Positions 37,592-47,840 of a DNA stretch of 64,000 nucleotides are shown one piece after another. The notes beneath the pieces are model-generated. The model was not told the DNA's origin and ran no database searches. It saw only the letters and a list, made by a program, of their open reading frames with translations. Within the stretch, counting starts at the first letter, position 1; each line of letters starts with the position of its first letter. This stretch comes from Squalus acanthias (Eukaryota), in contig CM059425.1 of NCBI GenBank assembly GCA_030390025.1, forward strand, positions 171,742,001 to 171,806,000. Reading direction: 5' to 3'. The position numbers and the translations under genes were made by a program.

Positions 37592-40111
37592 TTAGGAGGC
37601 CGGGATGCTCCCTCCATTTCGTAGCCGCCGGACGAGGGAGAGCCGCACCCGTTTGGGTTCTCGTAGCGGTAGAGGGCCCCTAGCCCGTTTACCCGCCGCG
37701 GGCCGTGGACCAGAGTCCGAGTGATCCAGCCCGCTCTGTGAGGGGTCAGGACGATCCTGACTGTGTACTGGTGCCCGAACGGGTGTCGGGCAGGGCTGTG
37801 GCAGATCCGTTTCCGAGCGTATGGTACGGGGTGGATCGTGGCTGCGCGTGCGAGCCCCGACGGGCTCATAGTCAGTCTGCCCCAGGTCGACACGCTGGAG
37901 TGAGGTACCAGCCGGCGTCAGATCCAGATCGTGATGAGAGGCACCTGGCGAGCCCAGAGATGTGCCTGGTACAATATCATCCCCTGGTGTCCCTCTATGT
38001 TTCGGCGGGCAGGGAGCCAGATCCCGCAATGACACGGTAGATTCCCGACCGTCAGGATACCGAATATAGGCGTAGGTAGGGTTGACGTCAGTGAGCTCAA
38101 CCTCATCTACCAGGGGGTCATTCTTAGACGCCCGGACATATCTTCGGAGTAGCACTGGTCCCGGTGCAGTCAGCCACGACGGGAGAGATATCCCATAGGA
38201 TGAGCGACGCTGAAATCGGAAGAACCGTTCATGAGGCGTCGTATTTGTGGCGGTCGAAAGGAGGGACCGTGTGGAGTGTAATGCATCTGGAAGTACTGCT
38301 TCCCATTGCTGGTTGGGTAGGCCCCGAGATCTCAAAGCCAGACGTACCGCATTCCAGATGATAGCGTTAAAACGCTCGACTTGCCCATTTCCGACCGGAT
38401 GATAAGGCGTCGTTCTGCTGGCAGCAATACCCCGTTTCGAGAGATAGGCCTTGAGTTCTCCTGACATAAAAGAAGGGCCCCGATCCGAATGAACATAGGA
38501 TGCCATGCCACAGAAAGCAAATACCTGCTCAAGGCAGCTGATAACCGTGGTCGTCAGCATATTGGGGCAGGGAAAGGCAAACGGAAAACGGGAATACTCA
38601 TCGACCATGGTCAATAGATAAGTGTTGCGAGTTGAAGAGGGCAACGGCCCCTTAAAATCGATGCTAAGCCGTTGCATTGGCTGGGTCGCATGTATGAGTA
38701 TACCACCCGAGGGGCGGAAAAACTGAGGTTTCAATTCCGCACAGACTCTGCAGTCCGAGCACATCTTCTTTACATCCCCGGTAGAGAATGGGAGATTTCG
38801 GGACCGCACGAAGTGTAGCATGCGAGTAACGCCCGGATGACACAACCCATCATGGATGTCTACGAGCGTAGAGGGTGCCATGGCGGAGCAGAATGCTCGT
38901 GTGAGGGTATCCGGAGCCACATTCTCCTTGCCAGGTCGATAGTGGATGGTGTAACCTAAAGAGGCCAATTCCAGCCGCCAAAGCTGGATTTTATTATTTT
39001 TAATTTTGGTCCGTTTTCGATTATCGAGCATGAAGGCGACCGATCGCTGGTCCGTGATTAAGGTAAAGTGCTGGCGAGCTAGGAGATGAGTCCACTTCCG
39101 TACTGCCTCTATGATGGCTGTAGCTTCTTTCTCGACTGGAGGATAATGTAGCTCAGCCCCTTGAAAAGTCCTGGACAAAAATGCCACCGGACGACCTTCC
39201 TGATTCAGAGTGGCCGAGATCGCCACCTCCGAGGCATCACACTCAACAACAAAAGGAAGACTCTCATCGATGGAGTGAAGAGCCGCTTTCTCCAACTGTT
39301 TTTTCAGGAGGTTAAAGACTGCAACAGCCGCTGTGTCTAGTGGGAATGTGCTGGCCTTCAGTAGAGGTTGGATTCGGTCCGAGAAGTTAGGAATCCATTT
39401 AGCATAGTATGCAAACAGGCCGAGGGCCCGGCGCAAGGAGGCCGGATTCTTAGGTGGCGGGAGTTCTTGGAGTGGGCGAAGCCTTTCAGGGTCAGGTTTA
39501 ATGATGCCATTGCCCACACAATAGCCAAGGATGTTGATGGTTGGTTGTGACTCAATGGATTTAGCCGCATTTAATGTCAAATTACGGTGCTGGAGTGCAT
39601 CCCAAAATCGTTGGAGATTGGCGTCATGTTCCCGCTGATTGCGACCTGCGACAGTAATATTGTCCAGATAAGGAAACGTATCCTTTAAGTCTTCCTGTTT
39701 GACCAGGTCATCCATTGCTCGCTGGAAGACAGCCACTCCATTAGTGACCCCAAAGGGGAGGCGACGAAATTGATACAGCCATCCATTGGCTTCAAAGGCC
39801 GTATACTGCTTGTCTGAGACCTTCAAGGGTACCTGATGATAGGCACTTTTCAGATCATATGTTGAGAACACCGTGTACTCAGCCAGTTTATTAACCATAT
39901 CATCGATGCGCGGCAATGGGTATGCGTCCAAGTCCGTATATTGATTGATGGTCTGTGAATAGTCAATGCACAGCCGTTTCTTGTGAGGTTGTAGAGGGTT
40001 CTTAACAATAACGACCTGGGCGCGCCATGGCGACGAACAAGGCTCGATGATATCCTCTGCTAAAAGCCGAGAAATCTCAGCCGCAATAAAAGACTGGTCT
40101 TCCTGACTTTG
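37592..40111 (-). CDS. pol: pol: reverse transcriptase, RNase H, integrase (frame open from 40111; no start codon of its own)
   Basis: IIEPCSSPW, RLCIDY, DLKSAYHQ, LPFGV, YLDN; RNase H ECDASE...EKEA...TDQ; IN HHCC (H-GLCH...C-SDC-RVC) and IDFKGP...SDRG...VERFN. Confidence 0.93.
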   Translation of the reverse strand, partial: QSQEDQSFIAAEISRLLAEDIIEPCSSPWRAQVVIVKNPLQPHKKRLCIDYSQTINQYTDLDAYPLPRIDDMVNKLAEYTVFSTYDLKSAYHQVPLKVSDKQYTAFEANGWLYQFRRLPFGVTNGVAVFQRAMDDLVKQEDLKDTFPYLDNITVAGRNQREHDANLQRFWDALQHRNLTLNAAKSIESQPTINILGYCVGNGIIKPDPERLRPLQELPPPKNPASLRRALGLFAYYAKWIPNFSDRIQPLLKASTFPLDTAAVAVFNLLKKQLEKAALHSIDESLPFVVECDASEVAISATLNQEGRPVAFLSRTFQGAELHYPPVEKEATAIIEAVRKWTHLLARQHFTLITDQRSVAFMLDNRKRTKIKNNKIQLWRLELASLGYTIHYRPGKENVAPDTLTRAFCSAMAPSTLVDIHDGLCHPGVTRMLHFVRSRNLPFSTGDVKKMCSDCRVCAELKPQFFRPSGGILIHATQPMQRLSIDFKGPLPSSTRNTYLLTMVDEYSRFPFAFPCPNMLTTTVISCLEQVFAFCGMASYVHSDRGPSFMSGELKAYLSKRGIAASRTTPYHPVGNGQVERFNAIIWNAVRLALRSRGLPNQQWEAVLPDALHSTRSLLSTATNTTPHERFFRFQRRSSYGISLPSWLTAPGPVLLRRYVRASKNDPLVDEVELTDVNPTYAYIRYPDGRESTVSLRDLAPCPPKHRGTPGDDIVPGTSLGSPGASHHDLDLTPAGTSLQRVDLGQTDYEPVGARTRSHDPPRTIRSETDLPQPCPTPVRAPVHSQDRPDPSQSGLDHSDSGPRPAAGKRARGPLPLREPKRVRLSLVRRLRNGGSIPAS

Positions 40112-41534
40112 TTATAATCGGTTTGCATCGAGGAGGGATACTGGTAAACAGTGAGGGTTCATCCAGTGAAGCTGCTGACAATGCACAGAACGGTAATCGA
40201 GGTCGTATATTAGAAATAGTGAGTTCAGGTTTGGATCCGCCGAACTCAATGGTGAGCTTCTTATGCTGCTTTTGAAAATCCAGCCCTAAGATAAGATCAC
40301 TACATAAGTCCTTGAGCACCGAAAGCCGGGTGGAGGGATACCTGTGACCATTAAGTGTTATTTCAACCATACAAAAGCCAGAAATTCTGGTATTAAGTGA
40401 TGACTGAGCCATCGCAATTGCCTGGTCCGATGGGAAAACATGTAGCTTTAACTCTGCAACAATCTGTTCCCTAATGAAACTATCAGTGCTACCTGAGTCA
40501 ATTAAGGCATCTAAAGTATGTCCATTAATTGATGCTTTTGTAGCTGCATGGAATAGGTTCTGAGGACAAGCAGCTGTAATTGGTGTCGTTGCACAAAGAG
40601 TGGCTGAAACTCTAGGTGTGTTTCTTCGAGAGAAAACCCGAGAGGAAGCACGATAGATTTTAGCCGGAACATCTTGATAGGCCCTTACCGGGGCAGTTCG
40701 GTAGGACTTAGCTTGATAAGCCCTCGTAGAGGCTCTTGATAGGCAAACCTTTGCAAAATGACCCTTTTTGTTGCAATGACTGCAAAACGCATTGCGAGCA
40801 AGGCAGAATTTCCGAGGGTGAAACTCATCACCACAAAAGAAGCATTTCTTAGATTGCCAAGAGGCTGCTACAGTGGGGTCATCATCCTCTTCATCAGTGA
40901 AGTCATCAGATTGATCGTCAGGGATAAAGTCCTCCCTAATAGAGTTCACCTGTGGCCTCTTAAATTGCCTGACTGTAGTTAAGGCAGCAGACCGAGGTCT
41001 GGGCACTGTATAAAGGTCTGCATTTCTTTTTGCCAGATCTAGAGAGCAAGCCATGTCATAAGCTCTCTGAAGCTCAAGTGTCTTACTTTCCAGTAGACGC
41101 TGGCGTATAAATGGGGAGGCAAGCCCGCAGATGAAAGCATCACGGATCATTTCTTCACGGTACAGCTCAGCTGAGGCCGCCTGAAAGTTACAGTCCATAC
41201 TAAGTCTGCGAAGCTCTTGGAGGAATTTATCAATGGATTCCTCCGGCCCTTGTTGGGCTGTAGCTAGTAGATGTCTGGCATAGACCTCATTCGGTGTCTT
41301 AGTATATAGTCTTTTAAGCGTCCGAATTGCCTCCTCGTAACTGCCCCATTCCTCAACATACTGAAATACATTCGGAGTGACACAGTTGATGAGTATCCGC
41401 AACTTTGTGTCATCATCAGCCTTGCAATATTCGAGAAAATTGTCAAACGTGCGATACCAGTGTTTCCACACCTTACCGGCTGCTGGGGTGTTTGGGTCCA
41501 AGTCAAGACGCGATGGTTTAAGGATGTTTTCCAT
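40077..41534 (-). CDS. gag: gag-protease
   Basis: WKHW motif, knuckles CFFCGDEFHPRKFC and CSHCNKKGHFAKVC, aspartic protease LIDSGSTDSF...ILGLDF; runs out of frame after KPIITKS. Confidence 0.93.
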   Translation of the reverse strand: MENILKPSRLDLDPNTPAAGKVWKHWYRTFDNFLEYCKADDDTKLRILINCVTPNVFQYVEEWGSYEEAIRTLKRLYTKTPNEVYARHLLATAQQGPEESIDKFLQELRRLSMDCNFQAASAELYREEMIRDAFICGLASPFIRQRLLESKTLELQRAYDMACSLDLAKRNADLYTVPRPRSAALTTVRQFKRPQVNSIREDFIPDDQSDDFTDEEDDDPTVAASWQSKKCFFCGDEFHPRKFCLARNAFCSHCNKKGHFAKVCLSRASTRAYQAKSYRTAPVRAYQDVPAKIYRASSRVFSRRNTPRVSATLCATTPITAACPQNLFHAATKASINGHTLDALIDSGSTDSFIREQIVAELKLHVFPSDQAIAMAQSSLNTRISGFCMVEITLNGHRYPSTRLSVLKDLCSDLILGLDFQKQHKKLTIEFGGSKPELTISNIRPRLPFCALSAASLDEPSLFTSIPPRCKPIITKSGRPVFYCG

Positions 41535-41600
41535 GATGGGTGATTCCCTGGATCCTTAGTTCCGAGTTCGTCCAAAAAGTTTGAGTGCGAAGTTTTTCAA

Positions 41601-41611
41601 AGTTGATTAAA
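41601..41611 (-). other. Putative self-priming site occupying the PBS position
   Basis: Minus strand TTTAATCAACT lies 1 nt after the 5' LTR; complementary to AGTTGATTAAA in the LTR (41656-41666); no TGG/tRNA-like PBS. Confidence 0.6.
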
Positions 41612-41612
41612 T

Positions 41613-41806
41613 TGTCGTAAGAATGAGCCTTACGCGTGGTGAACTTAAAGTAAGCTTTAATCAACTAAAAAGGTGCTACATACAAAAGAGGTCTTACTCT
41701 ATGCCTCTCCAGGATCCAACTGCTCAGTCCAGTATTTATCCTGGACTAATCACAGGAAGTGATGCAATAAAGTTCGAGTCACAGGAAGCTGTATTGTGTT
41801 ACCACA
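41613..41806 (-). repeat. 5' LTR
   Basis: Identical to the 3' LTR; minus strand has GATAAATA (TATA-like) and ATTAAA (polyA-like). Confidence 0.97.
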
Positions 41807-41811
41807 GGACT

Positions 41812-42418
41812 TACAACAACTTGTATTATATAGCACCTTTAACATAGTGAAACGCCCCACGGCGTTATCAAACTGAAATTTGACATCGAGCCACATATGA
41901 AGATATTAGGACAGGTGACCAAATGTTTGGTCAAAGAGATAGGTTTAAATGGAGGGATTTGAAAACAAGAATGAGAATTTTAAATCGAGGCGTTGCTTAA
42001 CCGGGAGCCAATGTAGGTCAGCTAGCACAGGGGTAATGGGTGAATGGGACTTGGTGCGAGTTAGGATGTGGGCAGCAGAGTTTTGGCTGAGCTCAGGTTT
42101 ATGGAAGATGAGAGGCTGGCCAGGAGAGCATTGGAATAAGTCAAGCCTAAAGATAGCAAAGACACGATGAGGGTTTCAGCAACAGATGAGCTGAGGCAGA
42201 CGCGGAGAATGGTGATTACGGAGGTGGAAGTAGGAAGTCTTGGTGATGGAGTGGATGTGTGGTCGGAAGCTCATCTCAGGGTCAAATACAACACCAAGGT
42301 TGCAAATGGTCTGGTTGAGCCTCAGACAGTTGCTAGGGAGAGGGATGGAGTCGGTGGCTAGGGAACAGAGTTTGCAGCGAGGACCGAAGACAATGGCTTT
42401 GGTCTTCCCAGTATTTAG
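41812..42418 (-). mobile_element. L2 3' fragment with internal deletions
   Basis: ACAACAACTTGTATTATATAGC tail; collinear in blocks with 23994-24690. Confidence 0.85.
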
Positions 42419-43025
42419 GGCCCTTTACATGAATACTCTGAAGGAACCAGGTTCTGGTAATAAAAGGCTCTTGGGTCTGCAGCACTAACATTGATGAAAA
42501 ACTCAACTCTCATCGATTTCACTTGTACGGATGGAGAGATAACAGCACCATATTGGTATTCCCTGTTGCCTAGAAACATGCATTAAGGTCAAAGGCAGAA
42601 TCGTAAGGTCACTCTGGAGCTGTATTAAGTGCAAACACCAGAGTCACTAATATTAAACTCATGGTAGGGCAGCTCAGTGGTTAAACCAATATGATGATGG
42701 AAAGCAGTATTTCACTCACGGACAACCCACACAAGATTCATCCCAAAATCATACGGATCCCGCAAAACATGACAAACAAGTCAATGGTAATTATTTAAGT
42801 TTGCAAGGAACTACTGTGGCAATACCAGTTAAAGAACAGTGCAGGAAGGAACACTTCCCAAATAAATTATTCTCACCCACACAAAATCAATGTAACGCTG
42901 GAAATCAGTGCAAATATAACCAGAGATAGTTTAAATTTATTGTCATTTTCAATTAGTTGCATGCCAATTATTTTCATAACATAGAACCATACAAGTTTAA
43001 AGCACAGGAGGCTATTTCACCCATT

Positions 43026-44775
43026 GGCTGGAATTTTCGGGGGGTCACCGGCGGGATTGGTGGAAGGTTGGGTGGGAAATTTGCTATTTTTGACTGCGGG
43101 TCGGGAACCTGCTGTCAACTCACTCCCACACGCCTTTCCCAATGTTGGGTCTGTCAGCGCTGAGCAGACCCGACAGGCAGCGGTGGGCGACCCAATTCAG
43201 GTAATTAGTGGCTTGTTTAGAGTCACTTAAAAATGAATTTCAGCTCACCTTTTGCATTTGACAACTGACCCACAGGGTCCACGCTGGTCATGACCCACGT
43301 CTGTCAAGCTGAGGTGGGGGTTCAGTGGCCATTGAATCAGCTGTTGAGTTGACAGTTTCAAATGTAAACTAAAAGCTCCCACCTTACAGAGATATCATCC
43401 CTCAGCCACAAGCTCTTCCTCACTGCATTTCCACAACAGAGTCACCATGCTGCAAGTCTATACACAAGTCTCCATCCAGTCTGACCTCATTACCTCTCTC
43501 ACCATTGACAGATTGCTTCTGTCATCTCTACTTCACCTGCCATCTATTCCATTAGCATGGGTGCCCTTGAAACTCTCTCACCTTGATCCTCAGAATCCCA
43601 CCACGATCAGCCCCAACACCAGCAGCACCAGGCACACCAGCAGTACCAACAACACCACCACCACCAACCTTCTCCACAATCACCTGATGCTGCACAGGAC
43701 AGAGGGCATCAGCACCCGACCACATTGCTGCCTGGGAGGCTAGGGATGGCCTCACCATGGCCAGATTAACTTCACTCGACGTTGTACACCCTGGCTGCCA
43801 CATGATGCGCCAGGTTGGCACCACCCCACACCAACACTATAAAGCATCCCTACAATGCCCAAGCCATTTCTTTCACACTCCTCACCATTGCGGGGGCGTA
43901 CTGCTATGTCTCACCATTCACTCGAACTCACTAAGCCACTTCCAAAAGTGCACACAAATCTGTCCAAGAATGCAAAGCGTTGGAAATAAAGGTTTCAATG
44001 TTTCACACCACATTAACAGAAACTTTACATGAACATTGGATAAAACACCCAAGTGCCTACCCTTGTGCGTTGTTAGTTGGTATGATTGCACTAGGATGAG
44101 GGTGAGTGTGAGGGGTGGCTAACAAGATGGGGCTGTAATAATATAGAGAGGGCTGGGTGGAGGTCCAAATTAAGTTGGTGTGAGTAAGGATGTGCAGGAG
44201 TAGGTTAGGGAAGGCAGAGTGATGGGGATGTGATGAGAGGCACTGCAGGATGAGGTTGAGTGTGGCTTTGTACTAACGTTTCATGATCTACTGAGATCGT
44301 TGAAACGTTTGCAGCACTGCACCCAGGTCCTCCTGACGACATCGCTGCTTGTGCCCTCCTCTGCAATGTACAACCAGGCTGTGTTGATCTCCTGGGGAGG
44401 TCTCTTCCGCCCATGGGAAGGGAAGAGGACCTCCCTGCGTGCTGTGACTCCATATGGGAGAGCCTAGGTGCAGCCCTGTGCCTTTGTGCAGTCATTGTCA
44501 GTGCTTGCAGTACCTCAATGCTGTAGAACACTGACAGCATAAATGACAAGATAAATTTGGACAGGGTCCCTTTAAGGAAACCGGCTGATGACGCGTCATC
44601 AAATGACGTCACCAGACCCGCTTCCTCTAATTGGCCGGTAAACGCACTGGGCAGGCTTAACAAGCCCCATCAAGGGAAATTCATTTCACAGAGTGGGATG
44701 GAGCCAGCAGCGGGGTCGGGACCCACCACCGACGTCGCCCACCACAGACCCGCCGAGGTAAGTAAAATCTCGGCC
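43026..44775. mobile_element. 1.75-kb non-autonomous PIF/Harbinger element with Myb/SANT remnant (copy A)
   Basis: TIRs GGCTGGAATTTT / AAAATCTCGGCC; TSD ATT; minus-strand remnant RAAPRLSH...RRTWVQCCKRFNDLSRS; collinear with 54400-56175 and 60899-62172. Confidence 0.85.
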
Positions 44776-44939
44776 ATTATGTCTGAAACACTCTTTGTTA
44801 AAGCAATCATCATTAATTTCACTGCCCTGCTCTCTCCCTTTAGCCTTACATCTATCTTTCTCTGCTTCAGATATGTATTTAAATTTTCTTTAAAATTGCT
44901 ATGTGTTCTGCTTCAATTACCTCTGCTGGCAAAACAATC

Positions 44940-45520
44940 CATGCTCCAACCATCCTCTGTATTCTGATTCTCCTAAAACTCTCTTCATGATAATTTTAAT
45001 TTGATGACCCTTCGTCATTGACTCCCCAACCGGATGAAAGTTCTTCCCTATTCACTCCCTATCAAAACCTTTCAATAATTTTATAAACCTCTGTTAAATC
45101 TGTTTTGAGCCTTCTTTGTTGCAGTGGAAACACGCTAGGTTTCTCAAGCTTCTCCTCGAAACTAGCTTTCCATCCCAGATATCATCCTCGTGAATCTACA
45201 CGGAGTGCTCTCCATAGCTTTAATGTTATTTCTATGATGAGGCACCCAAAATTATACATAGTACTCCAACTGTGGTGTAATCAACGTTTTGTATAAATTC
45301 ATCATTACTTCTTCGCTCTCATACTCCATGCCTCTACGTCTAAAACCCAAAATTCTATTGGATTTTAAAAAAAAAAATTTTTTAACGGTTTTATCTTGCG
45401 TTCAGATTTTTAGGTAATTATGTATTTGAACCCTTAGATCTCTCTGATCATCCACATCCTCCAGTGTCTCTTCATTAAGTGTATTCCCATTCCTTCTTTA
45501 TTTATTTGTCCCAAAATGTA
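44940..45520 (-). mobile_element. Old degraded CR1 fragment
   Basis: Residual GGCACCCAAAATTATACATAGTACTCCAACTGTGG (PQLEY-V-F-W). Confidence 0.55.
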
Positions 45521-45521
45521 T

Positions 45522-46156
45522 CAACAACAACTTGTATTTGTAGAGCGCCTTTAACATAATAAAACGTCCCAAGGCGCATCACAGGATCGTTATAAAACAA
45601 AGTTTGACACCAAGCCACATAAGGAAATATTAGGGCTGGTGACCAAAAGCTTGGTCAAAGAGGTAGGTTTTATGGAGCGTCTTAAAGGAGGAAAGAGAGG
45701 TAGAGAGGCGGAGGGGTTTACGGAGGGAGTTCCAGAGCTTAGGGCCTTGGCAGCTGAAGGCACGGCCACCAATGGTGGAGCGACTGAAATCAGGGATGCT
45801 CAAAAGGGCAGAAGTAGACGAGTGCAGATATCTCAGGAGGTTGTGGGGCTGGAGGAGATTGCAGAGATAGGAGGAGTGAGGCCATGAAGGGATTTGAAAA
45901 CAAGGATGAGAATTTTGAAATCGAGGCGTTGCTTCACCGGGAGCCAATATAGGTCAGCGAGCACAGGGGTGATGGGTGAACGGGACTTGGTGTGAGTTAG
46001 GACACAGGCAGTCGAGTTTTTGGATGACCTCAAGTTTACGCAGGGTAGAATGTGGGAGGCCGGCCAGGAGTGCGTTGCAATTGTCAAGTCTAGAGGTAAC
46101 AAAGGCATGGATGAGGGTTTCAGCAGCGGATGAGCTGAGGCAGGTGTGGAGACGGC
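45522..46156 (-). mobile_element. L2 3' end
   Basis: AETLIHAFVTSRLD, LWNSL, KTYLFDQAFG; CAACAACAACTTGTATT tail. Confidence 0.9.
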
Positions 46157-46676
46157 CTTGCACTGCCACTCAGTCGGTTCAAGTTTTTAGGTAACTTTTT
46201 CTGCTGTTAAATGCTGAGCCTTTGACTGTACATCAGTACACTACTGGTTTCTCAGCTTTGCTGGTTTGCTGCTGTGTGGGTCATGGTCAAAAATCTATTG
46301 GACATTAGTGACCTCCAACGCCATCGCTACCGCTTTCTATGGAGGCTGTATTCTCTGGTGGGCCCTTTCAGTTCTACTATCTGACCTGCTCCTGCGTCCG
46401 CTGTCTCCTGCTTCTCTGTTGGGAATTTTGCGCTCTACGCTGAGCTAGCTCTGATCTATTTCTGCTGTTTAAAATTCTGGATTCTGCTCCACTTCTGCCT
46501 AATGACCTCTACCCTACCGCTTTCCATCTGCTTCCCATTGTGTTGTCGCCTCCCAAATCCATGCCCATTTTCCCCATAGTCCATGTTTGAATCTCACCAA
46601 TCAGGTTTCCACCCTTTCCCACAGCACTCAAATGGCCTCAATCAAAGTCACAAATTATATCCTCAGTGACTGTGAC

Positions 46677-47108
46677 ATAAGAACATAAGAATTAGGAACA
46701 GGAGTAGGCTATACGGCCCCTCGAGCCTGCTCCACCATTCAAAAAGATCATGGCTGATCTTCGGCCTCAACTCCACTTTCGCACCCGATCCCCATAACGC
46801 TCGATTCCCCAAGAGTCCAAAAATCTATCTATCTCAGCCTTGAATATACTCAAAGACTCCGCATCCACAGCCCTCTGGGGTAGAGAATTCCAAAGATTCA
46901 CAACCCTCTGAGTGAAGAAATTCCTCATCTCAGTCTTAAATGGCCGACCCCTTATCCTGAGACTCTGCCCCCTAGTTCTAGACTCTCTAACCAGGGGAAA
47001 CAACCTCTCAGCATCTACCCTGTAAATCCCCCTCAGAATCTTATATGTTTCAATGAGATCACCTCTCATTCTCCTAAACTCCAGAGAGTATAGGCCCAAT
47101 CTACTCAA
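46677..47108 (-). mobile_element. CR1 3' fragment
   Basis: ORF 46767-47108 LGLYSLEFRRMRGDLIETYKIL...; CATAAGAACATAAGAA tail. Confidence 0.92.
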
Positions 47109-47383
47109 TGATGCAATGCCCTACAACCCTCCGAGAACTCTGCATTCCTCTAACTCTGGGGTCTTACGAATCCCCCACTCCCTGTGCCCTATCGATGTTA
47201 GCCGTGCCTTCAGCTATCTAGGCCTTAATCTCTGGATTTCCCTCCCTGAACATCTCTGCCTCCACCACTCTCTCCTTTAAGAGCCTCCTTAAAACTTATT
47301 TCTTTGATCAAGCTTTTAGTCGACCAATCTAATATCTCCTTCTTTGGCTCAGTGTCAATTTTGTCTGATTATGCTCCTGTGAA

Positions 47384-47830
47384 CATAAGAACATAGAAAC
47401 AGGAGTAGACTATTCAGCCCCTCAATCCTATTCTGCCATTCAATTAAATCATGGCTGAGCTGTATCTTAACTTCATCTACCCGCCTTGGTTCCACAACTC
47501 TTATTACCCTTAACTAATAAAAATCTACCAATCTCAATTTTCAAATTTTTAATTGACCGAGCCTCAACAGATATTTGGGGGAGAGTTTGCCTGATTTCCA
47601 CTACCCTTTGTGTGAAGAAGTGCTTCCTGACATCACCCCTGACTGGCCTAGCTCTACTTTTAAAGTTATGACTTCTTGTTCTGGACTCCCCCACCAGAGG
47701 AAATAGTTTCCCTCTGTCTACCCTATCAAATTCTTTAAGCATCTTAAATACCTCAATTACATCACCCCTAAATCAAGGGAATACAAGCCTAGTCGATGTA
47801 ACCTGTCATCATAATGCAACCCTTTTAGCC
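47384..47830 (-). mobile_element. CR1 3' fragment with 8-bp TSD inside an old L2 3' UTR
   Basis: ORF 47473-47742; CCTGTGAA at 47376-47383 and 47831-47838. Confidence 0.85.
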
Positions 47831-47840
47831 CCTGTGAAGG

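Larger units (their letters stand above)
37380..41806 (-). mobile_element. Full-length Ty3/Gypsy LTR retrotransposon (Mag-like gag with two Cys/His knuckles)
   Basis: Two identical 194-bp TG...CA LTRs; TSD GGACT at 37375-37379 and 41807-41811; PPT; gag-PR-RT-RH-IN order. Confidence 0.97.

Noticed and set aside
40077..40115. Programmed ribosomal frameshift
   Set aside because: No slippery heptamer, it falls between PR and RT, and expected residues appear to be missing; a deletion is more parsimonious.
37390..41847. Duplicated small ORF MSLTRGELKVSF... at 37390 and 41623
   Set aside because: Simply the antisense reading of the two identical LTRs.
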